64,000 nucleotides of DNA from an uncultured virus (IMG/VR IMGVR_UViG_3300025280_000025) (lineage: Duplodnaviria; Heunggongvirae; Uroviricota; Caudoviricetes): IMG/VR virus record IMGVR_UViG_3300025280_000025; one strand, 5' to 3'. The notes below the pieces were generated by a model. That model saw nothing but the letters and a program-made list of their open reading frames with translations. It was not told the DNA's origin and searched no databases. The position numbers and the translations under genes are program-made. Positions within the stretch are counted from its first letter, which is position 1. Every line of letters begins with the position of its first letter. Shown in pieces: positions 28,831-38,696 of this stretch.

Positions 28831-29727
28831 TTAATCCTTCTTGTTTTGAGCCGATATGTACTGTCCTTCGAATGAAGACCACGCATCTTCTTGTGGAAGT
28901 TCAATACGATCTGGTAAGTCTACACGACATTTGGTGATTCCCGCAAGGGTCTCATCATTAATTGTCATATAATATTTTTGTGTTCTAATAGTTTCTGTTT
29001 TCTTGGGTCCTGGTTTACCACCAATTCCGGGGAGTTGTATTTGTTTTGATTCTGATATCCAATCGGATTCGAATGCTGCAACGAGTTCAAACATTGGGAA
29101 CAGTCTTTTATAGAACGAGTCGGTTATTGTAAGTTCGGGTCTGATTGTGTATCGGTCATCACCTAGTGGAATCTTTGCATTTACTAGGTGACATACATAG
29201 AAGAATCCGTAGCCGTGTCTGCGGAGATCTAACGAGAATCGGAGTAGTCCATCATAGACATCATCCCATGCTCTTCGACCATCAAGATCTTTCCAGTTCT
29301 CTCGACCTGCCTTCTTGGTTACATAATCTTTCATCAATTGAATTGAAGGACCAAGACTATCAAGTACGATTGTTTGTGGTCTTGCTTGTCCAGCTTCTGA
29401 CATTTTGATAAGTTGTTCTTTCTTCTTGAGAATTTCTTCCCAAGTAAGAACCATCTTTGACCCACCAACATCCATTGGCTCACCATTTTTAGTAACTCCA
29501 GGCCACATACATGCTTGCGGATTCGGATTGGTTGTACTGGTTCCATCTGTGTTAATGATGAATGCATTAGGGTTTGATTGTAAGAAGAATGATTTACCTG
29601 CTCCGGGCATTCCTACTATTAATCCTAGTAGTTGTCCAGGCGGATGAACCATTCGTTGTCCTGAAAAACCTAAGCCAGAATACTTCTGTGCTCCTGTTTT
29701 TCCTACCGCTAAGTCCTGTGTTTGCAT
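28831..29727 (-). CDS. AAA_24 / Sak4-like ATPase (recombination)
   Basis: GMPGAGKS Walker A, TIVLDS Walker B and VCH motif. Confidence 0.75.
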   Translation of the reverse strand: MQTQDLAVGKTGAQKYSGLGFSGQRMVHPPGQLLGLIVGMPGAGKSFFLQSNPNAFIINTDGTSTTNPNPQACMWPGVTKNGEPMDVGGSKMVLTWEEILKKKEQLIKMSEAGQARPQTIVLDSLGPSIQLMKDYVTKKAGRENWKDLDGRRAWDDVYDGLLRFSLDLRRHGYGFFYVCHLVNAKIPLGDDRYTIRPELTITDSFYKRLFPMFELVAAFESDWISESKQIQLPGIGGKPGPKKTETIRTQKYYMTINDETLAGITKCRVDLPDRIELPQEDAWSSFEGQYISAQNKKD

Positions 29728-29735
29728 ACTACCTC

Positions 29736-30125
29736 CTAATCTGTGTCGGTTTCATTATCGAAAATTATTTCATCTAAATCTGCGTTTGTTGGTGTATAGT
29801 TAGCCACCTCCATACTTCTGAGTCCTCCTTCTTTTAAGAATACATCTGTTGTAGTTGAGACTGGTCTTCTATCGGGCAAACTCCATACTGTTGTTTGCTG
29901 CGGTCTCAAGTTTAAGTCGTCACACCACTCCTTGAATTCTCTAAACGATACGGTGCAATCATGCTTATCTCTAAACAATTTCCAGAGTTCACTTACCGAA
30001 AGATCACCCTTCTCTGAATAGAGAAGTCCTTCCAGTTTAGGTAAAACTACTGTAGTAAGTATTTCATTCTTAAATTTTAATAGTGGGTTACTTGCCATAA
30101 ATGACTCCTTGCGTGCGGAGTGCAC
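29736..30125 (-). CDS. Hypothetical protein
   Basis: In operon; likely start MASNP. Confidence 0.5.
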   Translation of the reverse strand: MHSARKESFMASNPLLKFKNEILTTVVLPKLEGLLYSEKGDLSVSELWKLFRDKHDCTVSFREFKEWCDDLNLRPQQTTVWSLPDRRPVSTTTDVFLKEGGLRSMEVANYTPTNADLDEIIFDNETDTD

Positions 30126-30135
30126 CGCCTTCGCA

Positions 30136-31419
30136 TTACGAGGCGGTGCACGGAGCGTCTACTATAAACTCTACACCTTCATCCCTATCTACTTGTATGA
30201 AGGATTCTGCTTTAATTATATCAGGCCATTCCTTTGGTGGTGTCAAGTAGAAGGGTGTGTAGGGCGACATTCTACCAAATTGTCTAAGGTGTGACGCAGA
30301 TCTTGGGAAATTTTTAGGGAATGCTTTACATTGAACATAATTACGAATTAGGTTTACTCTTGCATAGTACTCATCAAGGAAATCCTCATCGGATAAAAGA
30401 GTTCCATAAGTCAAACTATAATTTATAGGAGGAGACATTACCCACTTCTCAGCGAGGTGTTCATATTCCTTTTGTCCCCGGTACCAATCATTACACCTTT
30501 CTATATAGTTATCGAAGCGAGGTTCACCAGAGTAGTTTCTACGTATCTCAACTTGTCCCTTACGAGGACCACGTTGTAACGTGTGTTCTACCTCTTCGAA
30601 GTCTCGATCTTTCATACCGAATTCTATAGTAGGTTTCTGGACTGCTATATGAATCATACCCCCCACTCTTACATCTTCTGGTAAACCATGGATCGGCTGC
30701 AATAGATTATTATCTAGAGCCAGCTTTAGTATCATCATGTAGTGTTGAGTTTGAAATTCTAATGGGCACGTTATAAGACGTTCTTCAGCAGATCCTGCAG
30801 TTGTCTTAGCGTCTACAATATAAAGAGAGTTTTGTTCTTCATGGTATAAAAGAGTATCCAACACAGCAGTAAGCATTACTTTACCTGTCTTGTGTATCTT
30901 AGGCATGTGTAGTCTTATACCTACTTCAGATCCTAAATGTCTAAAGTGACTTTGTTTTAAGAATTGATTTATAGTGGGTATCTTATTCTGGGGAAGTTCT
31001 AAGTTCATAGCAACTTCATACCATGCTGATGCACATGTAAAGTCCTTCTTTTCCCTTTCCAATACTTTGTCCTTAGATTCCCCTTTGATTCCTAATGTTT
31101 GGCATATTTCTTTAAGTTCGTCTAATCGGTCATCCAGCAAAGTATTCATACAAGTTTTTGAAATTTCGAGTGGTTCTCTATAAAGTTCAAGTTTCTTATG
31201 AAACCATGAACCACGAGAAAGTGCTTTCGACCAACGAAGAACAGGTACAATTCCAAGTCTCCGGGACAAATAGTATTGAAAGGGACAATGTAATACCCCC
31301 TCATAATCTGAAGATCGAATGGAGGGAGTCGTATCCACGTAACCGTGATACTCCATCCACCTTTGGGCATCTTGCCCGCGCCCTGTAGGTACAGCAACGC
31401 TTTCTATTTCTGGGGGCAT
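30136..31419 (-). CDS. PD-(D/E)XK (RecB/Cas4-like) exonuclease
   Basis: CPFQYY, GSWFH and E...LD...IVDAKT...Q..Y motifs. Confidence 0.8.
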   Translation of the reverse strand: MPPEIESVAVPTGRGQDAQRWMEYHGYVDTTPSIRSSDYEGVLHCPFQYYLSRRLGIVPVLRWSKALSRGSWFHKKLELYREPLEISKTCMNTLLDDRLDELKEICQTLGIKGESKDKVLEREKKDFTCASAWYEVAMNLELPQNKIPTINQFLKQSHFRHLGSEVGIRLHMPKIHKTGKVMLTAVLDTLLYHEEQNSLYIVDAKTTAGSAEERLITCPLEFQTQHYMMILKLALDNNLLQPIHGLPEDVRVGGMIHIAVQKPTIEFGMKDRDFEEVEHTLQRGPRKGQVEIRRNYSGEPRFDNYIERCNDWYRGQKEYEHLAEKWVMSPPINYSLTYGTLLSDEDFLDEYYARVNLIRNYVQCKAFPKNFPRSASHLRQFGRMSPYTPFYLTPPKEWPDIIKAESFIQVDRDEGVEFIVDAPCTAS

Positions 31420-31441
31420 AACTTTCCTCCTGTGTTAGAGT

Positions 31442-31561
31442 TTATCTATTCTTTTGGGGAAGTTCATACCAGTCAAGATAATGACCCGCAAGTATGAGCC
31501 ATCCGACGGCTCCTACTAAGGTTCCTCCAAAGAATATATTTCCTAAGGTATCTGCTAACAT
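31442..31561 (-). CDS. 39-aa single-TM peptide (not in track)
   Basis: MLADTLGNIFFGGTLVGAVGWLILAGHYLDWYELPQKNR; RBS AAGGA. Confidence 0.65.
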   Translation of the reverse strand: MLADTLGNIFFGGTLVGAVGWLILAGHYLDWYELPQKNR

Positions 31562-31570
31562 AATGTTTCC

Positions 31571-31741
31571 TTATACGCTTGCGATAAGATTCCAAAGTTC
31601 ACGACATGCACCTGCTACCCAGTTAACACCTTCCCATGCGAAGGGAAGAAGTGCTAAGGTAATAAGTAAACTACGATTGATACCAACCTTATTAAGGGTT
31701 GAATCGACGATATCACTTGCACAACAATTATCTTTACTCAT
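31571..31741 (-). CDS. 56-aa membrane peptide (not in track)
   Basis: MSKDNCCASDIVDSTLNKVGINRSLLITLALLPFAWEGVNWVAGACRELWNLIASV; ATGA overlap. Confidence 0.65.
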   Translation of the reverse strand: MSKDNCCASDIVDSTLNKVGINRSLLITLALLPFAWEGVNWVAGACRELWNLIASV

Positions 31742-32127
31742 TTGGTTATTTCCTTTTTGAGTTTAACTATACGGGCTTGGCCCAGTGCCTTGATAGCCCA
31801 CAACGTACTAAATACTCCTGATGCTACGATGATCGGGAGTGCTATGAGATGAAAATACTCTTGTAACAAAGTATTAATAAAGATTAACCCTATCCCACCA
31901 AGAACAGGGTACCAACCTTTACGACCCGCTGAAACACAGAGTAAAACGATTCCCCCGAGAATTGAAATCCCCCCAATACTCGAGAGCATTGAGAGGGTAG
32001 GAATGGAGGATGATACTGCCTCTGTAACGGTTGCTATTCCACCCGTACTTGGCTTTGTAGAGAAGAGAGTATCTACGGCACATCCTCCAAGAGAAAAGGA
32101 GATTAGTAATGGGATTAGTTTCTTCAT
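31738..32127 (-). CDS. Lipoprotein-signal protein with ~3 TM helices
   Basis: SLGGC lipobox. Homolog of 18774-19175. Confidence 0.7.
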   Translation of the reverse strand: MKKLIPLLISFSLGGCAVDTLFSTKPSTGGIATVTEAVSSSIPTLSMLSSIGGISILGGIVLLCVSAGRKGWYPVLGGIGLIFINTLLQEYFHLIALPIIVASGVFSTLWAIKALGQARIVKLKKEITK

Positions 32128-32357
32128 ACGAATTTGAGTAAAAGAGTAAGGATACCAGAGAAGAACATGGCTGTCACCCCTGATATCATATACATCTTAG
32201 TCTTTAACTCAGTAATAGATCTATCGATATTGGATAATCGTTTGTCCAATAGATCAAGACGGTTATTGGCGCGATCCAACTCATTAACTACGAGTCGTTT
32301 GTATTCAGCCCAACCGTTCGTTCCTCCTTGGTTTGTTTCCCAAGGTTCGTTTACCAA
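32124..32357 (-). CDS. Coiled-coil + C-terminal TM protein
   Basis: PWET...GTNGW..YKRLV.NEL.R shared with 2830-3066. Confidence 0.65.
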   Translation of the reverse strand: MVNEPWETNQGGTNGWAEYKRLVVNELDRANNRLDLLDKRLSNIDRSITELKTKMYMISGVTAMFFSGILTLLLKFV

Positions 32358-32360
32358 TGT

Positions 32361-32489
32361 TTATCTTCCACCAGTACTAGCACGTTTAATTTTACTTCGT
32401 GATTTTCTACCAATAGTCCGTTTAGCACCCGCTGTACTTTTGGTTCTTTGTGGTACTACTTTCGATTTTTTACCTTTTTTCTTTGGCAT
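32361..32489 (-). CDS. 42-aa protamine-like basic peptide (not in track)
   Basis: MPKKKGKKSKVVPQRTKSTAGAKRTIGRKSRSKIKRASTGGR. Confidence 0.65.
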   Translation of the reverse strand: MPKKKGKKSKVVPQRTKSTAGAKRTIGRKSRSKIKRASTGGR

Positions 32490-32509
32490 GATTTATTTCT
32501 TACCTTTCT

Positions 32510-32620
32510 TTATATAGTTCTTCGTCTCTTTTTGGGTTTTCGTTTTCTAGTTTTACCAGCGGTTCTTTTTTGAGCACCACCTGTACTCTTTTTCTTATCT
32601 TTTTTATATGCGTATGCCAT
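32510..32620 (-). CDS. 36-aa protamine-like basic peptide (not in track)
   Basis: MAYAYKKDKKKSTGGAQKRTAGKTRKRKPKKRRRTI; TAATG-coupled. Confidence 0.65.
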   Translation of the reverse strand: MAYAYKKDKKKSTGGAQKRTAGKTRKRKPKKRRRTI

Positions 32621-33264
32621 TAACCTACAAACCTTCCTAATATAAGACCTTCTGATACAGAATCAAAATCTTTAACACCTACACAGATACTTTTACAACC
32701 TGCTAAATATACTGAGGTTCTATGACCCATAAACCATGGGCCGGCTCCTGCCCAATGAAAGTTTTCTGTTAGATCCATTTGAAGACTGATTACTCCTGCT
32801 TGGTCAGTATCAAGTGTTGGCGCAGCTTTAGCCATCCACACCGCTTCTAGATTTTGAAGAGGAATCCACATATCAGTAGGATCCCCATAACTGCCGGAGT
32901 TTACATCGTGTGGCCATTTACGATCTGCGCCTGTAAGACCATCTTTAACAGGTACTTTACCCCACACACCAATCCTTACAGTATGGTCAGCTGCAGTGTC
33001 TGAAGTTAGAAAGAGTTCAAGACTTAGACCTGCAGAAGGTACAATAATTTCTTGTGAGTTTGTACCTAAAGTTGTAACGGTATTACTATAAGCTGCTACA
33101 AGTTCTTGTGGTTGATTCCATACTGCAGTAGCACCTGTACCATCATCATCTATTACGTTATCATGGACTACGAATATGTTTGAACCCCATGATGCTGCGG
33201 GTGCTCCGATGGCAGGTGCATCAAATATAAATGTATTATTGAATTTTGTGGTGGGTGTAGCCAT
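32620..33264 (-). CDS. Hypothetical beta-rich protein, possibly a virion component
   Basis: T/A/G-rich composition; RBS GGAG. Confidence 0.5.
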   Translation of the reverse strand: MATPTTKFNNTFIFDAPAIGAPAASWGSNIFVVHDNVIDDDGTGATAVWNQPQELVAAYSNTVTTLGTNSQEIIVPSAGLSLELFLTSDTAADHTVRIGVWGKVPVKDGLTGADRKWPHDVNSGSYGDPTDMWIPLQNLEAVWMAKAAPTLDTDQAGVISLQMDLTENFHWAGAGPWFMGHRTSVYLAGCKSICVGVKDFDSVSEGLILGRFVG

Positions 33265-33769
33265 TTGTTATTGCTCCAGTTATGAGAAGGCGTGCTACCC
33301 AATTAGCACATGCTCTTCTATGACTATAGGTTGTTCCGGGTAGTAGTATCATTTCTATTGAATATTCTCTTAACAGTCTTAATAATCCATCGACAGCAGC
33401 AGCAGGGTGAGGCACATTCTTGCAAGGTTTTTCCATTAAGAGTGGGGTGCCTTCCAACATTAATACAGGATGGGTACAAGCATTCCTTAACTTTTGAAGG
33501 GATTTTATGAATCTTATACGATCCTTTTCATTAAGACAATTCTTGGCAATCTCACGTAGACTGCCTTTGCGTTCAATTATAGTGCTACTTTCATGTCCTT
33601 GCAATAGATAGTCTCCCGCATCTAATTTATCCTTTATGGTGTGTAACCGTACAGTAATTAGACGTTGTTTAGTAGGAGAAAAAGAATCATCTAAAACCTT
33701 CAAATTTGCTGGAAATTTGAGGGGTTTTTTCTCCCTAGTATCTTGGATTATTGTCCACTCTTTTTTCAA
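33236..33769 (-). CDS. ERCC4/XPF-domain nuclease
   Basis: DTREKKP, GDY and IERK motifs. Confidence 0.85.
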   Translation of the reverse strand: MKKEWTIIQDTREKKPLKFPANLKVLDDSFSPTKQRLITVRLHTIKDKLDAGDYLLQGHESSTIIERKGSLREIAKNCLNEKDRIRFIKSLQKLRNACTHPVLMLEGTPLLMEKPCKNVPHPAAAVDGLLRLLREYSIEMILLPGTTYSHRRACANWVARLLITGAITNGYTHHKIQ

Positions 33770-34041
33770 TCTTGACCTCTACCATATTTTAAAACAATAT
33801 CTTCTATGTTTTTTTGTGCTTGAGAGAAGATTCTCCCTATATCTCTATAAGAGAATCCTGAATTATGAAGCCGAAGTATTCTTTTTTCTTTTGGACCCCC
33901 ACTTTTAATAGGTGCATTATAAGGTAAATTGTGCTTTTTGGCTATGTGATATAAAGATTTGGATTCCATCTCTAGTTCATTAGCTACTTCTTTTATACTA
34001 TAACCTGCACTCAAAAGGCTCTTTACTTTTTCTTCATTCAT
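33766..34041 (-). CDS. Tandem helix-turn-helix protein
   Basis: GYSIKEVANEL and GFSYRDIGRIF. Confidence 0.7.
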   Translation of the reverse strand: MNEEKVKSLLSAGYSIKEVANELEMESKSLYHIAKKHNLPYNAPIKSGGPKEKRILRLHNSGFSYRDIGRIFSQAQKNIEDIVLKYGRGQD

Positions 34042-36140
34042 GACCAGTCATACTCCAAGGGTATTTCGTTTCCATAATATTCAGAGATCATACTCCAATA
34101 TCCTTCATCTTGTACAAAAGATACGGCTTCTTTTACTAATTCAGTAAGTTCTTCTGCAGCATCCTTATTAGCAACGTCGAAGTAGATTGCATCATAGATG
34201 TTTAAGAACATATGCATGTTAGATTTAGGAGAATTTAAACTAGGCATTGATTTATGGAGATAACTTTGAATGCTTATCAATATATTACTTGCTGTTGTTT
34301 GAACAGGGAAATTTACGATCTCATTTACTTCATATTTGTCTCCTCCAAGGAAATACCTTGATTGTCCTGTAAAGGGTAATTCTATTCTTCCATGGAGACG
34401 AGCAGTAAATATTAAGTCTTTTTGAAAAGCATATAGTTTGGGTCTATGTTTTCTACGACTTTTAACAATAACTTCACATAACCCCATATCTAGTTCTATA
34501 CCTGACATTGCAAGTACTTGTTTATGGATAACATCAGAACCTGCACGGAATAAGTCTGCAAAGTTAACCATCTTACCTATTTGTCTTTGTTTATTAGTAC
34601 ATGTAGTACCACCAAAGATTTGTAGAGTTCTTTCTGTATGTAAATCTCTACCTTTTTGATAGGCATCTATAAATGCATTATCACCTGATAGTAGACCTGC
34701 TACACGCAACTCTATCTGTGATAAGTCCATAGACATTATGTAACCTTCTCTAAACCTACTGGTTATACATTCTTTAATCATAGGAGGAAAGGTCTGTGCA
34801 GATGGCTTCTTACAGGTAATGCGACCTTGTAAGGTACCCCCACTACCACCTTCATTATTCTTAGCATAGGTGGGAGTAGCATACCATGTGGGATATGCTA
34901 TATGATGTCCGTTGATTGGTATAAGCCGAGCAGCTTCATCAGTAGATTTATTTCTTCTATGTCTTAATAATGGGTATGTATAACTACTTATTACCTTTTG
35001 AGCACCTGCATGTCTCTTTGCTCCATCAAATACTCTTATAAGTTCATGGGCTTTATAGTCCCAGGTTGAAAGATTTCCAGTGCTGTTACTAACTTTATCT
35101 TTTAATTCATTTTGTAGTTTATTTCTATTTGCTTCTGTGAAACTTACAAGTCCTTTTGCTGGTGTAAGTTCCATTTCATCTCTTATTTCATTACCTATTA
35201 ACCAAATTGCATCATCCATTAGTTTTTGTTTTGCTGTGCCGCTCCCTTCGCCTTCTAGCGGGTATCCGGCTTCGGTTGCGGCTTCGTTTGCTTCTTTACA
35301 TAACACTAATAGTGTGCTCTCTATCTTTTCTAACTTTTCTTTGTCCATACATATACCTGATTCGGACATTCGGATGATTGTCCATAGTAGGTCGGAGTAA
35401 AAGTGCAAACAAAAGGTTGAAAGTTTATTCGTATTAGGAAAGTCTCGCTCTATTCTTCGAGCGAGTTCCCTAATAGCGAGTACTGTGTTATGTGTATCCT
35501 GTGCGTTGTATTCTTTTAATTTCTTGTCTGCTATAGATCGAAATCTTCCATCTTTAAGAGTGTTTTCATATGTGTGAGTGCGGAGTATTGGACCTAAACT
35601 TTTGAGACTCTTTTCTTGTCGTGTTTCATCGTGAAGATAGTTAATTATTGAGAGGTCTATTAATAGTTGATCTTCTAATGCGAATCTAAATTCTGGGTCT
35701 TTTCTAATGTATTGGATATCAAATGGGAGGTTCATTCCAATAATTACTTTTGAGTGTGTTAACCATTTTTGCAGTCTTATTCGATCAATCGTATCTGAAA
35801 GATTGAATACCATCGTCTTTTTTGGATTTATCTTCTTCAAGTTTGGAAAGGATAACCCCTCCAACTGTGATAACAATACGGGCAAGTTTTCTGATATCGG
35901 GATCTTTGATTTCTCTTGTGGATTCCAAGGCTCCTTCGAGAGCATGTCTTGGGTTTCGCATTGGTCTTCCTTAACTAATGTGATTGAGGCGGTTACTATT
36001 AAATCGCTTAAATCTACGCTATCCGTATGCATAGATCTCGCAGGGTGAAATACGGTCTGTTTAGATAAAAGATTGCCTCTGTATCCTTCCTCAACAGCAC
36101 CATAAGTCTCTATATCGAGACTAATAATTTGAGTGTCCAT
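34038..36140 (-). CDS. Family A DNA polymerase with variant motifs B/C
   Basis: LDIET, NLPFD, YNAQD, GTLQGR, DLSQIELR, KMVNFADLF and IYDAI motifs. Confidence 0.9.
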   Translation of the reverse strand: MDTQIISLDIETYGAVEEGYRGNLLSKQTVFHPARSMHTDSVDLSDLIVTASITLVKEDQCETQDMLSKEPWNPQEKSKIPISENLPVLLSQLEGLSFPNLKKINPKKTMVFNLSDTIDRIRLQKWLTHSKVIIGMNLPFDIQYIRKDPEFRFALEDQLLIDLSIINYLHDETRQEKSLKSLGPILRTHTYENTLKDGRFRSIADKKLKEYNAQDTHNTVLAIRELARRIERDFPNTNKLSTFCLHFYSDLLWTIIRMSESGICMDKEKLEKIESTLLVLCKEANEAATEAGYPLEGEGSGTAKQKLMDDAIWLIGNEIRDEMELTPAKGLVSFTEANRNKLQNELKDKVSNSTGNLSTWDYKAHELIRVFDGAKRHAGAQKVISSYTYPLLRHRRNKSTDEAARLIPINGHHIAYPTWYATPTYAKNNEGGSGGTLQGRITCKKPSAQTFPPMIKECITSRFREGYIMSMDLSQIELRVAGLLSGDNAFIDAYQKGRDLHTERTLQIFGGTTCTNKQRQIGKMVNFADLFRAGSDVIHKQVLAMSGIELDMGLCEVIVKSRRKHRPKLYAFQKDLIFTARLHGRIELPFTGQSRYFLGGDKYEVNEIVNFPVQTTASNILISIQSYLHKSMPSLNSPKSNMHMFLNIYDAIYFDVANKDAAEELTELVKEAVSFVQDEGYWSMISEYYGNEIPLEYDWS

Positions 36141-36424
36141 ATGTTCCTCCTACTCAAGTTTTTCTAGGTCGTTTTCATACTCCATAAATGCTTCGATATT
36201 TGCTACAATGTCAGTTATTTCTTCCATTCTAAGAGTGGGGGGACAAACGATTAATGGTACATCTTCGAATTGATCTATATAATGTTGCATTCTGTTATAG
36301 TCTAATTTTGCTCTTATTATTTGGTCTGTTACTGTTTCAATTATTTCTAACATCTCCTCTTTTTGAAGAAGAAGTTTATCAATTTCTGATAAAAGTACTT
36401 GTACTTCAGGGTGATCTCTTAAAT

Positions 36425-37180
36425 TCATTGAGGTGATCTTGTAGATATAATTTCGGGTGCCGAAGGAGATGCCATTGTTCCGTCTACACAATCGGATACG
36501 AGTTGCATGTGGGAGTGTACACTATTTATGAGATTGTTATTACGGAGTACGGCTGCGGGGTGATATGTACTGAACATATTGAATTCCCCCACTCTATCTA
36601 GTTTATGGTCTTTTGGTGTATAAAGGTTTCCGTTTATTGTAAAAGATTTGGTTAGGGACACCTTCGTTATACCAAGTATATTCTTGTAAAAGGATGTAGT
36701 TGCTGGTGCTCCAAGTGTTAGGACGATATTGGGTTTAATGATTTGTAGATCTTCGATTAGGTGTTGGTTGCATTCTCGGTAATGTTTAGGTTTGGGTGCT
36801 TGATTGTTTGTTGTGTGACATTTTACTCCATTACCAAGGTAGATTGTTGCTCGTTCTTGGAGCTCTATACCTCCTATGAATGACTTCTTAAGGATATCTC
36901 CACTTCTACCCACGAATGGTTCGTTGATCCTGTCCTCGTGGTATCCGGGGTTTTGACCTATGATGAGAATAGTAGGAACACAGGAGATAGAGTGGGGTGT
37001 TTGTGCCACTGATTCTTTGTAGGGGATTGTTCGGATACCTATATTTGTTGCTTGCTCGTGGAGTTCACAACGAGTACAGGTTGGTTTATCCTCGGGGTAT
37101 AGGAGGATAGAAATCGTTGATGTTTTCTTGGTAGTCTTGTTCGTTTTGAATAGATCCGTCTGTTGGTGGTTCGCATTCAC
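36425..37180 (-). CDS. Family 4 uracil-DNA glycosylase-like protein
   Basis: CTRCEL, IGQNPG..ED...PFVGRSG, N.VKC and TYHPAAVLR motifs. Confidence 0.88.
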   Translation of the reverse strand: MNANHQQTDLFKTNKTTKKTSTISILLYPEDKPTCTRCELHEQATNIGIRTIPYKESVAQTPHSISCVPTILIIGQNPGYHEDRINEPFVGRSGDILKKSFIGGIELQERATIYLGNGVKCHTTNNQAPKPKHYRECNQHLIEDLQIIKPNIVLTLGAPATTSFYKNILGITKVSLTKSFTINGNLYTPKDHKLDRVGEFNMFSTYHPAAVLRNNNLINSVHSHMQLVSDCVDGTMASPSAPEIISTRSPQ

Positions 37181-38496
37181 AATGAGCCTCCGCTATATTT
37201 TCTACTGACACACCAAGTACATTTTCAACAGTTTCATTTACAAATTTAGTGTGATAACCGCCTTGAAAGGCCATTACTTCTTTACCAATAACTACAGTAA
37301 TTTCATACGCTACTACATCTGTTACAGTGCTATGTTTGTAGTCCCACACTATATCTATAGTGCCTTTTACTTCCATATCATAACTTTTACCATCTTCTTC
37401 AATAAAAGTACCATACTTAAATTTTGATGTTTGTGGATTACTCATTATATGCCTTCTTTCCAGTCTTTAATCTTTTGTAGTACATCATACAATTCTTCGT
37501 CTCTTTCTTTTGCCATCTCACGAAGTTTATTTTCATTTGGTAGACCACCAAATTGGTTTGGATAATCTTGAAAATACTCTCTTAGTTCATTAAGAAGTTT
37601 TACTTCCTGTACTATTACTTGTATATCTTCAGTCGTTATCTCGGGTGGGTTTGACTTGGGCATTTTTCACTCCTTCTTTGTATTCTCTTGTGTCTGCGTC
37701 AGTCCAACTTGAGGATTGACATCCTACTTCATGACATGCTGATTCCATACCACCACAGTCGGGACATCGTTCATCTAGATCGTCCCATGCTTCAACTAAT
37801 TTATTTATTTCACTGTTTTGCCGAAAGGTTTCAGACATGATGACTTTTCCTTTACTTTCTTATTATAGTTCTCATGACATTCTATTATTTGATCTGCTAA
37901 TGAATCCATTTGTAGTTCTATAAGAGCTACACGAATAGAATCTACATCCTCACCTTTAAGTTGTTCTTCTCGTCTTTCAAGAACAAGAATAGTTAATTTA
38001 ATAGTGAGTGCTGCAGCCTTATCCAATTCTTCTTGCATTGTATTCTCCTGTGTTAAAGGTTTGTTAAAGGTTAAAGTAGTTCGCGCAGATGATTCTGCAT
38101 ACGTAATTGTCTTACATATCTATCAAATTTTGCTTCTTCCCATGTGTTTATTCGAATTCTTAAACCTAGATGGTCTTTAAGATCGCTCAAAGTAAATCTG
38201 ATGGGGACCTCTCCCTCTTTAGTATCTAAGAATAAAAATCCAATTTCAGAATCAAATAGAGATTCAAGTCGATAATACCATTCCATAATGTTGGAAGGTT
38301 TTAGTTTTGAGAGGTGTACATGTTCAGAAGCTACTGCTAGTGCTTCTGTCACAGGTGATAATCTGTAATAGATGTCTTCAGATTCTAACCAATTATCTTC
38401 TTCGATAGGAGGATCTTTGGTATACTGCCAACATACTTCATCGTTGTTTTTAATATGAGAAATATCGATGTCACGAGATTCAAATTCGAAATGCAT
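37086..38496 (-). other. Run of five small hypothetical genes
   Basis: Coupled minus-strand ORFs with RBS. Confidence 0.55.
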
Positions 38497-38525
38497 ACTT
38501 TCATTATAGAATCAGGATTAACCTT

Positions 38526-38696
38526 GTGAATAGTGATAAACCAAAAATTGAAGGTCTTGGAGACATAATTAAAAGGCTTACCAATGCTGTTGGCGTTAAA
38601 ACCTGCTCTAAATGTGAGGAACGAAGAAAAAAAATGAACGAAATGTTCCCCATAAAAAAAGGCCAGCCTCATCCAAAGGACAAGACTGACCGTTAA
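38526..38696 (+). CDS. 56-aa GLGD...CxxC...R...N..FP protein (not in track), lone plus-strand gene
   Basis: GTG start; MNSDKPKIEGLGDIIKRLTNAVGVKTCSKCEERRKKMNEMFPIKK. Confidence 0.7.
   Translation: MNSDKPKIEGLGDIIKRLTNAVGVKTCSKCEERRKKMNEMFPIKKGQPHPKDKTDR

Noticed and set aside
30136..31419. Cas4 as part of a CRISPR system
   Set aside because: It sits with a Sak4-like ATPase and an SSB as an ordinary recombination module, and there is no array.
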